The notes under the pieces: generated by a model
What the model was told of the DNA's origin: nothing
Databases searched by the model: none
What the model saw: only the letters and a program-made list of their open reading frames with translations
Position numbers and translations under genes: made by a program
Assembly: GCA_002433895.1 (NCBI GenBank)
Contig: DJJA01000003.1
Coordinates: 447,745 to 511,744, forward strand
Direction of reading: 5' to 3'
DNA: 64,000 nt
Origin: Candidatus Gottesmanbacteria bacterium UBA6580
GTDB taxonomy: Bacteria > Patescibacteriota > Microgenomatia > UBA10105 > UBA927
Shown here: in pieces, positions 1-9,952 of the stretch
How positions within the stretch are numbered: the stretch's first letter is position 1
How the letters are laid out: every line of letters starts with the position of its first letter

Positions 1-1
1 A

Positions 2-358
2 AATACCGAGTGGCGCCGTTCAGAGGAAACCAACCGTCATGGATTGGTTGCGGCAGCAGTCTCACATCTTAATGCGCAGATATTGGAAGACGTAGGAAAT
101 TTACATCCTGCCATCATTGCCGAAACAAACTACCGGTCAGGCGCGCATCATGTGGGATTTGCGAGCGGCATGGAAGTTCCAACCCGCGAAATACAGGGGA
201 GAGCGTTGCCTCAGATGCTTATTCAGAATGTGCGTGTCGGTGATGGACTATCGCCGGACGGCAAAAGAGATTTCACCATGATGCATTTACCAGAGCCGGC
301 AATACAAACCCTCTATGATCCCGCGTCCCGGCGCGTGATCCTGAAAGGAGATATATGA
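2..358 (+). CDS. Hypothetical protein, 5'-truncated by the window edge
   Basis: Frame is open from position 2 (NTEWRRSEE...) to TGA at 356-358, which overlaps the next ATG (ATGA). No recognisable motif. Confidence 0.6.
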   Translation, partial: NTEWRRSEETNRHGLVAAAVSHLNAQILEDVGNLHPAIIAETNYRSGAHHVGFASGMEVPTREIQGRALPQMLIQNVRVGDGLSPDGKRDFTMMHLPEPAIQTLYDPASRRVILKGDI

Positions 359-1356
359 TCATTGTTTATCCATCACATCATGTGCGTCACCGGCCGCCGT
401 CAGAGATTTTTAATGGCGAAAGTGAGCCGCACGCGGAGGTACCGGAGCGTATCGAGCAAATACACGCGGCGCTACGAGATATGTCAGGGGTGCGGGTAAC
501 GCTTCCGAAACGGTTTCCGCTTTCCTGGATAGAAGCAGTACACGACCGTGCGTATGTTAGTTATGTGGCAGAAGCGGGGAGACTCGCCGGGAGTACCTAT
601 ATGTATCCTTCGGTGTTTCCTTATGCAGGACATGGTGAGGTTTCAAATCCTATTGCATTGCGGGGGCAGTATGCATTTGACTTATATACACCGGTAAGTA
701 GTACCACCTACCAGGCTGCCTGCGGATCCGCGATGGCGGCGCTCACCGCAGCATCACTAGTGCGCCGCGGAGATATCCACGCGTATGCGCTTTGTCGGCC
801 ACCCGGTCATCACGCAGAGCGAAGCCGCATGGGAGGATATTGTTATTTTAACAATGCCGCGATCGCCGCCAATTATTTAAGTCACCGGGGGAAAGTGGTG
901 CTTCTGGATATCGACGTGCATCATGGCAACGGCTCACAGCATATTTTTTATGAGCGCCGTGACGTATTGGTTGTTAATATTCATGCTGACCCGTCGGAAA
1001 AATTCCCTTATTTCAGTGGTTCCGCGCAGGAAACCGGAGTAGGGAAGGGTATTGGATACAATATGAATTTTCCATTAGTGCTCGGTACGACTGATGAAGC
1101 ATATCATCCGGTGTTACAACAGGCGGTACGGCATATTGAGAAATATGCGCCGCAGTATTTAGTGGTTTCTGTAGGTTACGATGCACACATTGACGATCCG
1201 ATTGGAGGGCTCCGTCTGAGCACTGATTATTACCGCCGTATGGCGAGTACCATCGCATCATTGGGGTTGCCTACCGTATTGGTACAGGAAGGGGGGTATA
1301 ATACGGGAAAGCTCGCAACTGTCGCAAAAACATTTGTGAGCGGGTTTATGCAGTAG
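355..1356 (+). CDS. Histone deacetylase family protein, acetylpolyamine amidohydrolase-like
   Basis: Zn-deacetylase motifs RPPGHHA, GGYCYFNN, DIDVHHGNG, GYDAH, QEGGY; N-terminal HAEVPERI and FDLYTP segments resemble APAH enzymes. Confidence 0.9.
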   Translation: MIIVYPSHHVRHRPPSEIFNGESEPHAEVPERIEQIHAALRDMSGVRVTLPKRFPLSWIEAVHDRAYVSYVAEAGRLAGSTYMYPSVFPYAGHGEVSNPIALRGQYAFDLYTPVSSTTYQAACGSAMAALTAASLVRRGDIHAYALCRPPGHHAERSRMGGYCYFNNAAIAANYLSHRGKVVLLDIDVHHGNGSQHIFYERRDVLVVNIHADPSEKFPYFSGSAQETGVGKGIGYNMNFPLVLGTTDEAYHPVLQQAVRHIEKYAPQYLVVSVGYDAHIDDPIGGLRLSTDYYRRMASTIASLGLPTVLVQEGGYNTGKLATVAKTFVSGFMQ

Positions 1357-1419
1357 CTGGCAGCTTGGACAACGGGTGATTTATTGTGGAGCGTAAAATA
1401 AGTTAAAATAGGAGGAGTT

Positions 1420-3723
1420 ATGTTTTGGTCAGATCGTATAGCACAGGAAATCATTACATCAGGGGTACACAAGCCGTACTGGGTAGACGATATGTTTACC
1501 CCATCCGGTTTCGCTCATATCGGGTCATTGCGCGGTCCGATTGTCCACGATTTGGTGTATCGCTCACTGATAGATGCAAACGCCAAAACGACATTTACCT
1601 ATGTCTTTAATGATTTTGATCCGGTAGACGGGCTGCCACCTGAGCTGGAACGCATGGCGGGTGAGTTAGGTAAACCGCTTCGTTTGGCAAAATCCCCCGA
1701 AGCCGGATTTACCAGTTTTGCCGAGTATTTCACAAAAGATTTTCAGCGCGTATTGCTTGATTTAGGGATACGGGCGGAGTTCCGTTATTCGTGGGACATG
1801 TATCATGAAGGATTGTTTGACGGAGTAATCCGCGAAGCGCTTGATAACGCGACACGAATTCAGGATATTTATCAGCGGGTCAGTGGAAGTAAAAAACGTG
1901 ATAAGGGATGGTTACCACTGCAGGTGATATGCGAAAAATGCGGCAAATTGGGAACAACCCGTGTACACAACTGGGACGGTGCCACGGTGGAATATACCTG
2001 TGAGCCAAGTATGGTAACCTGGGCAAAAGGGTGCGGATACACCGGGAGAACCAGTCCATTTACCGATAAAGAAAATCCAGCGCATCATCCGGGAAAACTC
2101 CCGTGGAAAGTAGATTGGCCGGCACACTGGAAAGTGCTGGGGGTTACTATCGAAGGCGCGGGTAAAGATCACTCGTCTGCGGGTGGATCACGGGATATCG
2201 CCAAAGAGCTCTGCCGTGAAGTATTTCACATCGATAATCCGTATAATCTTCCCTATGAATTTTTTCTTATCGGGGGCAAAAAAATGTCATCCTCCAAAGG
2301 TTTGGGACTCAAAGGCCGCGATCTTACTAAATTATTGCCGCCTGAAGTTGGCCGGTTTCTTTTTACCCGGACGGATTACCGTCAGGCTATAGAATTTGAT
2401 CCCATGGGTACTATGGCGATCCCGGATTTATTTGATGAATACGACCGGTGTTGGCAGGCGTATATCGACGGGTCGGATGAAAGTCTCGCCAGAGCGTTTG
2501 TGCTTTCGCAGATTACCGCGGTGCCGGAAAAAATCCCCACCTTTTTGCCCAGATTTCGGGATGTTGCGAACTTCGTACAGTTACCCAACGTGGATGTAGT
2601 TTCCAAACTCGAGCAGGTAAAAGGCGCCAAGCTCACCGCAAAAGAAAAAGAAATTATTGCGCTTCGCATGACATACGCGTCTGTCTGGCTTAATAGTTAC
2701 GCGCCTGATGAATACAGATATCAGATATCCCGCAAAACGAAAGATGACTACCAGTTTACTCCCGAACAATGGGCGTTTCTTAACGCACTCGCAGGGTTGT
2801 GGCCGCGGGTAGATGACCCTGAGAAAATGCAGTCAGAACTATTTCTTCTCGCCAAATCTCAGGGGCTAGATACCAAATCCGCATTTAAAGCACTGTATCT
2901 GGTGGTATTGGATAAAGAGCATGGGCCGAGAGCGGGGTGGCTACGCAAACAGTTTCCCGTTGACGTGGTAGTAGAAAGACTAACACTCAACACCCGTAAA
3001 ACCGAAGCGGCACAGAAATCCGCGGTAGCGACTATAGAAAAACCGGATTTTTTTGTGATAGATGCAGCGTTAAAAAAAGCAGTTCCAAGCATCTCGGTGG
3101 GTATAGCGCTTATAAACGGCGTGAACATTCAAAAAACGCACCCGCAGCTGGAGCAGGAAAAACAGGAGTTTCTCGCGGGGCTAAAAGGATTAACTACCGA
3201 GCAACTTAGCACGTATCCCGAGTTAGTAAGTTACCGGAGATTATATAAACAAATGGGTATCGACTGGCATTCGCGGCGTCCATCTCCGGAGGCGTTGTTA
3301 CGGCGGATTGCGGTCGGAAAAGATTTATATACCGTTAATACCTGTGTTGACGCGTACAACCTTATCGTGATGAAGCAACGCATATCCGTGGGCGCTTTTG
3401 ACGCGGACAATGTAGTGTTTCCTACCGTGCTCCGGTACGCAGGCGAGGGGGATGAGATATTGCTTTTAGGTGATAAGGAGCCCACTCAATATACTGCCGG
3501 TGAAATCGCGTATTATGATCGGGTGGGTGGATATAATATCGATTTTAATTACCGTGATGCACAACGTACGATGGTGACAGAGCAAACCAAAAACATCTGG
3601 ATAAATGTGGATGGGGTGCACGATATCACAGCGGAGAGTGTGCAAAAAACGCTGAAAGAATCAGTGGAAATAATAGTGAAATACTGCGGAGGAACCGTAG
3701 TGTTTGAAGGAATTGTCACATGA
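1420..3723 (+). CDS. lysK: Class I lysyl-tRNA synthetase with a C-terminal B3/4 (PheRS-beta editing-like) domain
   Basis: PSGFAHIGS (HIGH-like), CEKCG, GKLPWKVDWPAHW, EGAGKDH, KMSSSKG, GPRAG; the last ~220 aa carry B3/4 motifs RPSPEALLRR, NTCVDAYN, VGAFDAD, NYRD. SD AGGAGG upstream. Confidence 0.93.
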   Translation: MFWSDRIAQEIITSGVHKPYWVDDMFTPSGFAHIGSLRGPIVHDLVYRSLIDANAKTTFTYVFNDFDPVDGLPPELERMAGELGKPLRLAKSPEAGFTSFAEYFTKDFQRVLLDLGIRAEFRYSWDMYHEGLFDGVIREALDNATRIQDIYQRVSGSKKRDKGWLPLQVICEKCGKLGTTRVHNWDGATVEYTCEPSMVTWAKGCGYTGRTSPFTDKENPAHHPGKLPWKVDWPAHWKVLGVTIEGAGKDHSSAGGSRDIAKELCREVFHIDNPYNLPYEFFLIGGKKMSSSKGLGLKGRDLTKLLPPEVGRFLFTRTDYRQAIEFDPMGTMAIPDLFDEYDRCWQAYIDGSDESLARAFVLSQITAVPEKIPTFLPRFRDVANFVQLPNVDVVSKLEQVKGAKLTAKEKEIIALRMTYASVWLNSYAPDEYRYQISRKTKDDYQFTPEQWAFLNALAGLWPRVDDPEKMQSELFLLAKSQGLDTKSAFKALYLVVLDKEHGPRAGWLRKQFPVDVVVERLTLNTRKTEAAQKSAVATIEKPDFFVIDAALKKAVPSISVGIALINGVNIQKTHPQLEQEKQEFLAGLKGLTTEQLSTYPELVSYRRLYKQMGIDWHSRRPSPEALLRRIAVGKDLYTVNTCVDAYNLIVMKQRISVGAFDADNVVFPTVLRYAGEGDEILLLGDKEPTQYTAGEIAYYDRVGGYNIDFNYRDAQRTMVTEQTKNIWINVDGVHDITAESVQKTLKESVEIIVKYCGGTVVFEGIVT

Positions 3724-4286
3724 TTACCAAAAATCAGGCAACAGAGTTGCTGCATGAACACACAAAAAACCAAAATCTCCGCCGTCACATGTACGCGGTA
3801 GGTTTCGCAATGCGCGCGCTCGCCGAACGCCTTGGCGGTGACGGCGATATGTGGGAAACGCTGGGGCTTCTCCATGACGCGGATTGGGAAGAAACAAAGG
3901 ACACGCCAAACGAGCACACAAAACACACATTGCGGTGGCTTGCGGATATGGGTGAAACAGACGGACCTATTGTGCACGCGCTTATGTCTCACAACCGCAA
4001 ACATACGGGGCTCGCAGAGCTTGAGGGTAACATGGAGTGGGCGCTCGAAACGGTTGATGAGCTTACGGGTTTTATCGTCGCGGTCGCGTTGATGCGGCCG
4101 GACAAAAAACTGGCAACCGTGGAGTTGTCATCCATCATGAAGAAATGGAAAAACAAAGCGTTTGCTGCAGCCGTCGAGCGGGAACAGATTGCACAGTGCG
4201 AGGAAAAGTTGGGTATACCTCTTCCCGAATTTATTAATCTCACACTAAAAGCCATGCAGGATAACCATGAAGCGCTTGGGTTATAA
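3720..4286 (+). CDS. HD-domain phosphohydrolase (HDIG/COG2316-like)
   Basis: H...GLLHDAD...H, SHN, DELTGFIVAVALMRP; ATGA-coupled to lysK. Confidence 0.85.
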   Translation: MITKNQATELLHEHTKNQNLRRHMYAVGFAMRALAERLGGDGDMWETLGLLHDADWEETKDTPNEHTKHTLRWLADMGETDGPIVHALMSHNRKHTGLAELEGNMEWALETVDELTGFIVAVALMRPDKKLATVELSSIMKKWKNKAFAAAVEREQIAQCEEKLGIPLPEFINLTLKAMQDNHEALGL

Positions 4287-4901
4287 ATGAAAAAACTTCT
4301 GATCGCCACTACCAATCCCGGAAAGCTAGAAGAAATCCGGCGGTTCCTCGCCGATATGCCACTAGAGCTAGTAAGCCTCAGAGACGTTGGGATTACGGCA
4401 CCAGTTGAGGAAACTGGAGCAACATTTGAAGAGAACGCAGTGTTAAAAGCAAAAACATATGCAGAGGCGTCGGGATTTATAACACTCGCTGACGATGGAG
4501 GGTTTGAAATTGATGCCCTTGGTGGAGAACCGGGGGTGAAGTCTCATCGGTGGGTGCATAGCGATCGGGATAGCACGGATGAAGAACTTATCGCGTATAC
4601 CTTTACCCGTATGAAGGATGTTCCCGAAAAAAAACGTGGCGCGAGGTTGGTCCTGGTGTTAGCGTTGGTGCAGCCGGGTAACCCGGTTGTGACAACCGTT
4701 AAAGAATCTATCCGCGGCATCGTGCCGCTCGAGCCCTCCAAGGTACGGCATGAAGGATTTCCATACCGCTCAATTTTATATTTACCGGAGTTGGGAAAGT
4801 TTTATGATCACGTCAGCTTTACGCCCGAGGAGACGGAGAGGTATAATCATAGAAAGAAAGCGTTGGAAAAATTAAAGCCAATTCTTGCGACGTTATGTTA
4901 G
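4287..4901 (+). CDS. rdgB: Non-canonical purine NTP pyrophosphatase (RdgB/HAM1 family)
   Basis: IATTNPGKLEE, ETGATFEENAVLKA, ADDGGFEIDALGGEPGVKS, C-terminal NHRKKAL. Confidence 0.9.
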   Translation: MKKLLIATTNPGKLEEIRRFLADMPLELVSLRDVGITAPVEETGATFEENAVLKAKTYAEASGFITLADDGGFEIDALGGEPGVKSHRWVHSDRDSTDEELIAYTFTRMKDVPEKKRGARLVLVLALVQPGNPVVTTVKESIRGIVPLEPSKVRHEGFPYRSILYLPELGKFYDHVSFTPEETERYNHRKKALEKLKPILATLC

Positions 4902-6139
4902 ATATTAAGTTTATCCGGGACAATCTTGAGTTATGTAAAACCGCGGCGATCAATAAAAACCGCGTGGTGGACTGGGACACCCTGCTTACGCTTGACGATA
5001 CCCGCAAGGCGTTAATCCAGAAAACTGAAGTGCTGCGAGCCGAGAGAAACACCATAAGCCGTGAGCGGTCAGATGAAGGAGTAAAGCGCGGTAAGGCAAT
5101 CAAAGACGAACTAAAAAAACTTGAAGACGAATTGCGGAGCACTGAGGAGCAGTTTTCTCTCGCGATGCTTACGGTGCCGAATGTCCCCGACCCAAGTGTA
5201 CCCGTGGGCAAAGATGAAACGGGAAATGTGGAGATCAAAAAATGGGGTGAACCGACTGCGTTTGATTTTACACCCAAAGATCATATTGATTTAGCAAAAT
5301 CCCTCGATCTTATCGATTTTGAACGGGGAGCAAAGGTGGGTGGTTCACGGGCATATTTTTTGAAAAATGAAGCCGCGCAAATAGAAGTGGCACTTATGTT
5401 TTATACGCTGCAGAAGTTAGTGGCCAAAGGATACACGCCGCTTATCGCGCCCAGCTTAGTAAAGGAATTTACATTTGTCGGTAACGGCCAGTTTCCGTGG
5501 GGAAGAGAAGAGGTTTATAGCATCCCCAAAGATGATGTGTTTTTGGCGGGCACTGCTGAGGTGCCGGTGACCGCGTACTATAGCGATGAGATGCTGTACG
5601 AAAAAGATTTGCCCAAGAAATTTGTGGCTTACTCTCCATGTTTCCGCCGTGAAGCGGGAAGCTATGGAAAGGATACGAGAGGGGTTTACCGGTTGCATCA
5701 ATTTAACAAAATTGAACAAGTTATTATCTCGGATGCGGAAACGAGTACATCACTTACTCTACATGAAGAGTTGTTGGCAAACAGTGAAGAAATTCTGCAG
5801 GATCTGAAACTTCCATACCGCGTGCTTCTTATGTGTACCGGTGATATGGGTGAACCGCAGGTAAAAAAATATGACATAGAGACATGGATGCCCGGGCGAA
5901 ACGGCTACGGAGAAACGATGTCGAATTCATTTATGGGGGATTTTCAGTCCAGACGTCTCAAAATCCGGTACAAAGGGAAAGACGGCAATATAAAGTTTTG
6001 CCATACCCTCAATAATACCGCCGTCGCGAGTCCGCGAATTTTAGTGGCGATATTTGAAAACTACCAGCAATCAGACGGGTCTATACGTATTCCTGACGTG
6101 CTCCAACCATTTGTGGGCAAAAAAGAGATACGAAGATGA
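4895..6139 (+). CDS. serS: Seryl-tRNA synthetase
   Basis: MLDIKFIR start, coiled-coil arm, GTAEVP, FRREAGSYGKDTRGVYRLHQFNKIEQ, HTLNNTAVASPR. Confidence 0.97.
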   Translation: MLDIKFIRDNLELCKTAAINKNRVVDWDTLLTLDDTRKALIQKTEVLRAERNTISRERSDEGVKRGKAIKDELKKLEDELRSTEEQFSLAMLTVPNVPDPSVPVGKDETGNVEIKKWGEPTAFDFTPKDHIDLAKSLDLIDFERGAKVGGSRAYFLKNEAAQIEVALMFYTLQKLVAKGYTPLIAPSLVKEFTFVGNGQFPWGREEVYSIPKDDVFLAGTAEVPVTAYYSDEMLYEKDLPKKFVAYSPCFRREAGSYGKDTRGVYRLHQFNKIEQVIISDAETSTSLTLHEELLANSEEILQDLKLPYRVLLMCTGDMGEPQVKKYDIETWMPGRNGYGETMSNSFMGDFQSRRLKIRYKGKDGNIKFCHTLNNTAVASPRILVAIFENYQQSDGSIRIPDVLQPFVGKKEIRR

Positions 6140-6777
6140 GTTGGCTTTCTTATATTTTCCCCCAAACTGTCGCGGAATTATCATCGCCATACAACCGTTC
6201 TATCCGGATAAATGAAGAAAAGGGGAGGTACAAGCTTCTGGTAAACGGCGCGCGTGAGTCGGGTGCGTATATAGAAGATTTATGGAGATATGCGTTCACG
6301 CACCTTCAATTCCCCGGTAAGAGAAAGATACGAAATATTTTAGTATTGGGAACCGCTGGGGGTACGGTCATTCATGTATTACATGAGTTGTTTCCAAGTT
6401 CTCGAATAACAGGGGTGGATATTGATGCGGTAATGATCAGTGTGGGGGAAACATATTTTGGATTAGCTGAAGTACCTGGTTTACGGCTTATTTGTAATGA
6501 CGCCAATGTATTTGTAAAGGACTATACCGGTAGCAAATTTGATCTTGTGGTCACTGATATTTTTGTCGGTCCTGATATACCGGATTTTGTGGTGACTCCT
6601 GTTTTTCAGCAGCGGGTAAAAAACATATTGCGTAAAAACGGTCTGACAATCATCAATTATCTCCGGCAGCCAGGCTACGAAAAGAAGGCACCGAAGCTTT
6701 TTGCGGTACTATCGTCACTGTATACAAAGGTGAGTTCAGTTGACCGCAATAACAATCGTTTTTTCCTCGCGCAGTAG
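6136..6777 (+). CDS. Spermidine-synthase-like class I SAM-dependent transferase
   Basis: LVLGTAGG, VDIDAVM, DANVFV, FDLVVTDIF Rossmann motifs; N-terminal SPYN..I...LLVNG segment. Confidence 0.7.
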   Translation: MSWLSYIFPQTVAELSSPYNRSIRINEEKGRYKLLVNGARESGAYIEDLWRYAFTHLQFPGKRKIRNILVLGTAGGTVIHVLHELFPSSRITGVDIDAVMISVGETYFGLAEVPGLRLICNDANVFVKDYTGSKFDLVVTDIFVGPDIPDFVVTPVFQQRVKNILRKNGLTIINYLRQPGYEKKAPKLFAVLSSLYTKVSSVDRNNNRFFLAQ

Positions 6778-6787
6778 CCATGGATTG

Positions 6788-6796
6788 TGCTAAAAT
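6788..6796 (+). promoter_or_regulatory. Extended -10 promoter of secA (probably leaderless)
   Basis: TG-C-TAAAAT 6 nt upstream of ATG 6803, with no SD between them. Confidence 0.55.
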
Positions 6797-6802
6797 TGGA
6801 TA

Positions 6803-9538
6803 ATGTTTAAGTTCCTCGGAAAACTTCTTGATAGCAATGAAAAAGAGATCGGTAGACTTCGCGCGCTGGTAGAGCATATTAACGCGCTTGAGCCGGAGAT
6901 AAAAAAAACGAAAGACACCGGATTTGCCAAAAAAACCGCAGAATTTAAAGAACGCCTGAAAGGCGGTCAGACGCTGGATGATCTCTTGCCGGAGGCATAC
7001 GCACTGGTACGTGAAGCAGCGCGGCGCACAATCGGCGAGCGGCATTATGATGTGCAGCTTATGGCCGCTGCCGTTTTGCACCAGGGCAAAGTCGCGGAGC
7101 AAAAAACAGGAGAAGGAAAAACATTGTCAGCCACCCCCGCTTTGTATTTAAACGCGCTTACCGGTAGAGGCGTGCACCTAGTCACCGTCAACGATTATTT
7201 GGCACGGCGGGACGCGGGCTGGATGGGCCAGATATATCATCTGTTAGGGTTGTCTGTTTCAGCGATGATCAGCGAGCAATCGTTTTTGTACGACCCTGAA
7301 TACAATGATCCCATGGCTTCTGACTGGCGGCTGCAACATTTAAAACCGGTAAGCCGAAAAGAAGCGTATGCCGCGGATATCACCTACGGCATAAATTCCG
7401 AATTCGGATTTGATTATCTTCGCGACAACATGGTGAGTGACATGAGCCAGTTGGTGCAGCGGGATTATCACTATGCAATCATCGACGAGGTAGATTCTAT
7501 TCTTATCGATGAGGCGCGGACACCACACATTATATCTGCTCCAGCCGCCGAAGCCACGAGTAAATATTACGATTACGCAAAGATGGTAGACAAGCTGACC
7601 GGCGAAACCGACTACGTCATCGACGAAAAACTCCGTACCGCCCATCTTACCGACCACGGCATACTCAAGGTCGAAAAAATGCTGGGACTTGGTAATATCT
7701 ATGAAACGAGCTTCGAAACCGTTCATCATATAGAAGCAGCGCTCAAAGCGCGCGCGCTGTTTCACCGCGAAAAAGAATACATCGTCAAAGACGGTCAGGT
7801 GGTGATCGTCGATGAGTTTACCGGGAGATTGCTTACTGGCCGGCGGTTTAGTGAAGGCATTCATCAGGCGATAGAAGCCAAAGAAGGGGTAGCGATACAG
7901 CAGGAAAGTAAGACGCTCGCGACCGTCAGTTTACAGAATTATTTCAGAATGTACGAAAAGCTTGCCGGTATGACGGGTACCGCGTCCACGGAGGCTGAGG
8001 AGTTTAAGAAAATATATAACCTGGATGTTGTTGTTATGCCAACGCACAAAGCACAGGTGCGCGAAGACTTTTCTGACATGGTCTATAAAACGACCAGAGC
8101 CAAGTATACCGCGGTGGTAAACGACATTATCGAGCACCATAAGAAAGGACAGCCGGTGCTGGTGGGCACGACATCTATTGATAAAAATGACGTTATTAGT
8201 GAGGCACTGAAACGAAAAGGTATTCCCCACGCTGTGCTGAACGCGAAAAATCATCTGAAAGAAGCCATGATTATTTCAGACGCAGGTAAATTGGGCGCCG
8301 TGACCGTCGCTACCAATATGGCGGGGCGGGGAGTCGATATTATATTGGGCGGACCCAAAAAAGAAAAATGGGAATACGACAACGAGAAAGAATGGGAAAA
8401 AGATCTGGCGGCATGGAAAAAAAGCCATGATGAGGTGCTTGCAGTCGGCGGACTTTATGTTATCGGCACAGAGCGGCATGAATCACGCCGGATAGACAAT
8501 CAGTTGCGCGGCCGAAGTGGCAGGCAGGGTGATCCGGGAGCGAGTAGGTTTTATGTATCACTCGAAGACGACATCATGCGGCTTTTCGGCGGTGATCAGG
8601 TATCCCGCCTTATGGATGTGTTTAAACTACCTGAAGATGTGCCACTGGAGCACCCGATGGTGTCGCGCGCGTTGGAGCAGGCACAGGTGAAAGTAGAAGG
8701 ATTTCATTTTGATAACCGGAAGCATCTCGTGGAGTATGACGATGTATTAAATAAACACCGGGAGATAGTGTATCGGAGGCGCCGAAAAATCCTGGAAGGG
8801 GAAAGTCAAAAAGAAGCGATACTCCAGAAGATTGGCAACGAGATAGCAAACTTCGTAAACGTGTTTAGTAGTGATGCAGGTAACATTGACCGGCAAAAAA
8901 TCGCTTCAGAATTTACGGCCATCATCCCATTTGATCCGGCAAGCGTTGAACAGCTCCTTAAGCAGCTTCAGCAACTGCATACAGCCGAAGACATTACCGA
9001 GTTCCTCACCAAAATTGCGGGGGATGTATACGCACAGCGGGAGAAACAACTTTCGGAAGAGGTGATGCGTCAGGTGGAGCGTTGGGTGAGCTTGCAGGTG
9101 ATTGATAATTTGTGGATGGATCATCTGGATGCAATCGACGATTTACGGGAAGGTATAGGGCTTCGGGGATATGGACAGCGCGATCCGCTTATTGAATATA
9201 AGAATGAGGCATTTTCCATGTTTGAACGGTTACTTGGTGGCATTGATACGGAAATTGCGCACCGCATTTTTAAAGTACAGGTGCAACTTTCGCCAAATCA
9301 GCAGGCCGGCCAGCAACTCAACCAAACCGCAGTAAATGCCCCGGTTGCGAGCGCGCTGGAATCGCCGTTAGCGCAAGCGGCAAAACGCATGCAGACTAAC
9401 GCGCAGTCTTCTGCAGTGTCACAAGTGCCAAAGGTATCCGCTGATGCCAAGATAGGGCGCAATGATCCGTGTCCCTGTGGTTCTGGATTGAAATATAAAA
9501 AATGCGGACTCATCAACGCGCCGCAACATAAGAAATAA
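6803..9538 (+). CDS. secA: Protein translocase subunit SecA
   Basis: QKTGEGKT, VTVNDYLARRD, DEVDSILIDEARTP, TNMAGRG, RHESRRIDNQLRGRSGRQGDPG, C-terminal SEC-C motif GRNDPCPCGSG. Confidence 0.98.
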   Translation: MFKFLGKLLDSNEKEIGRLRALVEHINALEPEIKKTKDTGFAKKTAEFKERLKGGQTLDDLLPEAYALVREAARRTIGERHYDVQLMAAAVLHQGKVAEQKTGEGKTLSATPALYLNALTGRGVHLVTVNDYLARRDAGWMGQIYHLLGLSVSAMISEQSFLYDPEYNDPMASDWRLQHLKPVSRKEAYAADITYGINSEFGFDYLRDNMVSDMSQLVQRDYHYAIIDEVDSILIDEARTPHIISAPAAEATSKYYDYAKMVDKLTGETDYVIDEKLRTAHLTDHGILKVEKMLGLGNIYETSFETVHHIEAALKARALFHREKEYIVKDGQVVIVDEFTGRLLTGRRFSEGIHQAIEAKEGVAIQQESKTLATVSLQNYFRMYEKLAGMTGTASTEAEEFKKIYNLDVVVMPTHKAQVREDFSDMVYKTTRAKYTAVVNDIIEHHKKGQPVLVGTTSIDKNDVISEALKRKGIPHAVLNAKNHLKEAMIISDAGKLGAVTVATNMAGRGVDIILGGPKKEKWEYDNEKEWEKDLAAWKKSHDEVLAVGGLYVIGTERHESRRIDNQLRGRSGRQGDPGASRFYVSLEDDIMRLFGGDQVSRLMDVFKLPEDVPLEHPMVSRALEQAQVKVEGFHFDNRKHLVEYDDVLNKHREIVYRRRRKILEGESQKEAILQKIGNEIANFVNVFSSDAGNIDRQKIASEFTAIIPFDPASVEQLLKQLQQLHTAEDITEFLTKIAGDVYAQREKQLSEEVMRQVERWVSLQVIDNLWMDHLDAIDDLREGIGLRGYGQRDPLIEYKNEAFSMFERLLGGIDTEIAHRIFKVQVQLSPNQQAGQQLNQTAVNAPVASALESPLAQAAKRMQTNAQSSAVSQVPKVSADAKIGRNDPCPCGSGLKYKKCGLINAPQHKK

Positions 9539-9553
9539 ACGAGGAGGAAGGGT

Positions 9554-9952
9554 ATGTTTATAAAACTATACGCGATTGCCATTTCAGTTTTTATCGCAAT
9601 CGACATGGTATGGCTAGGGCTTGTCGCGAAAAATTTTTATAGCAAACATCTGGGGTCTCTGATGGCCAAAGAGGTAAACTGGCCTGCGGCTCTTATTTTT
9701 TATCTTCTTTTTATAGCCGGTTTGGTATTTTTTGTTATTACACCATCGTTGGAAAAAAGATTGTGGAGCCAAGCGTTGCTCACCGGCATGTTTTTTGGGC
9801 TTATTACCTACGCAACATATGACCTTACTAACCTCGCGACATTAAAAAACTGGCCGGTGATCGTGACCGTGGTGGATTTGTTGTGGGGTATGGTGTTATC
9901 AGGCACCGTGTCGGTGGTAAGCTTTTTTGTCGCGAAGAAACTGGGTGTATGA
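9554..9952 (+). CDS. DUF2177-family membrane protein
   Basis: Four TM segments; D-x-x-WLG, YATYDLTNLATLKNWP, VDLLWG. Confidence 0.8.
   Translation: MFIKLYAIAISVFIAIDMVWLGLVAKNFYSKHLGSLMAKEVNWPAALIFYLLFIAGLVFFVITPSLEKRLWSQALLTGMFFGLITYATYDLTNLATLKNWPVIVTVVDLLWGMVLSGTVSVVSFFVAKKLGV

Noticed and set aside
9460-9538. SecA SEC-C motif ending KKCG instead of KKCH/KKCC
   Set aside because: Minor variant; a downstream His could substitute, but the sequence alone cannot support a claim.
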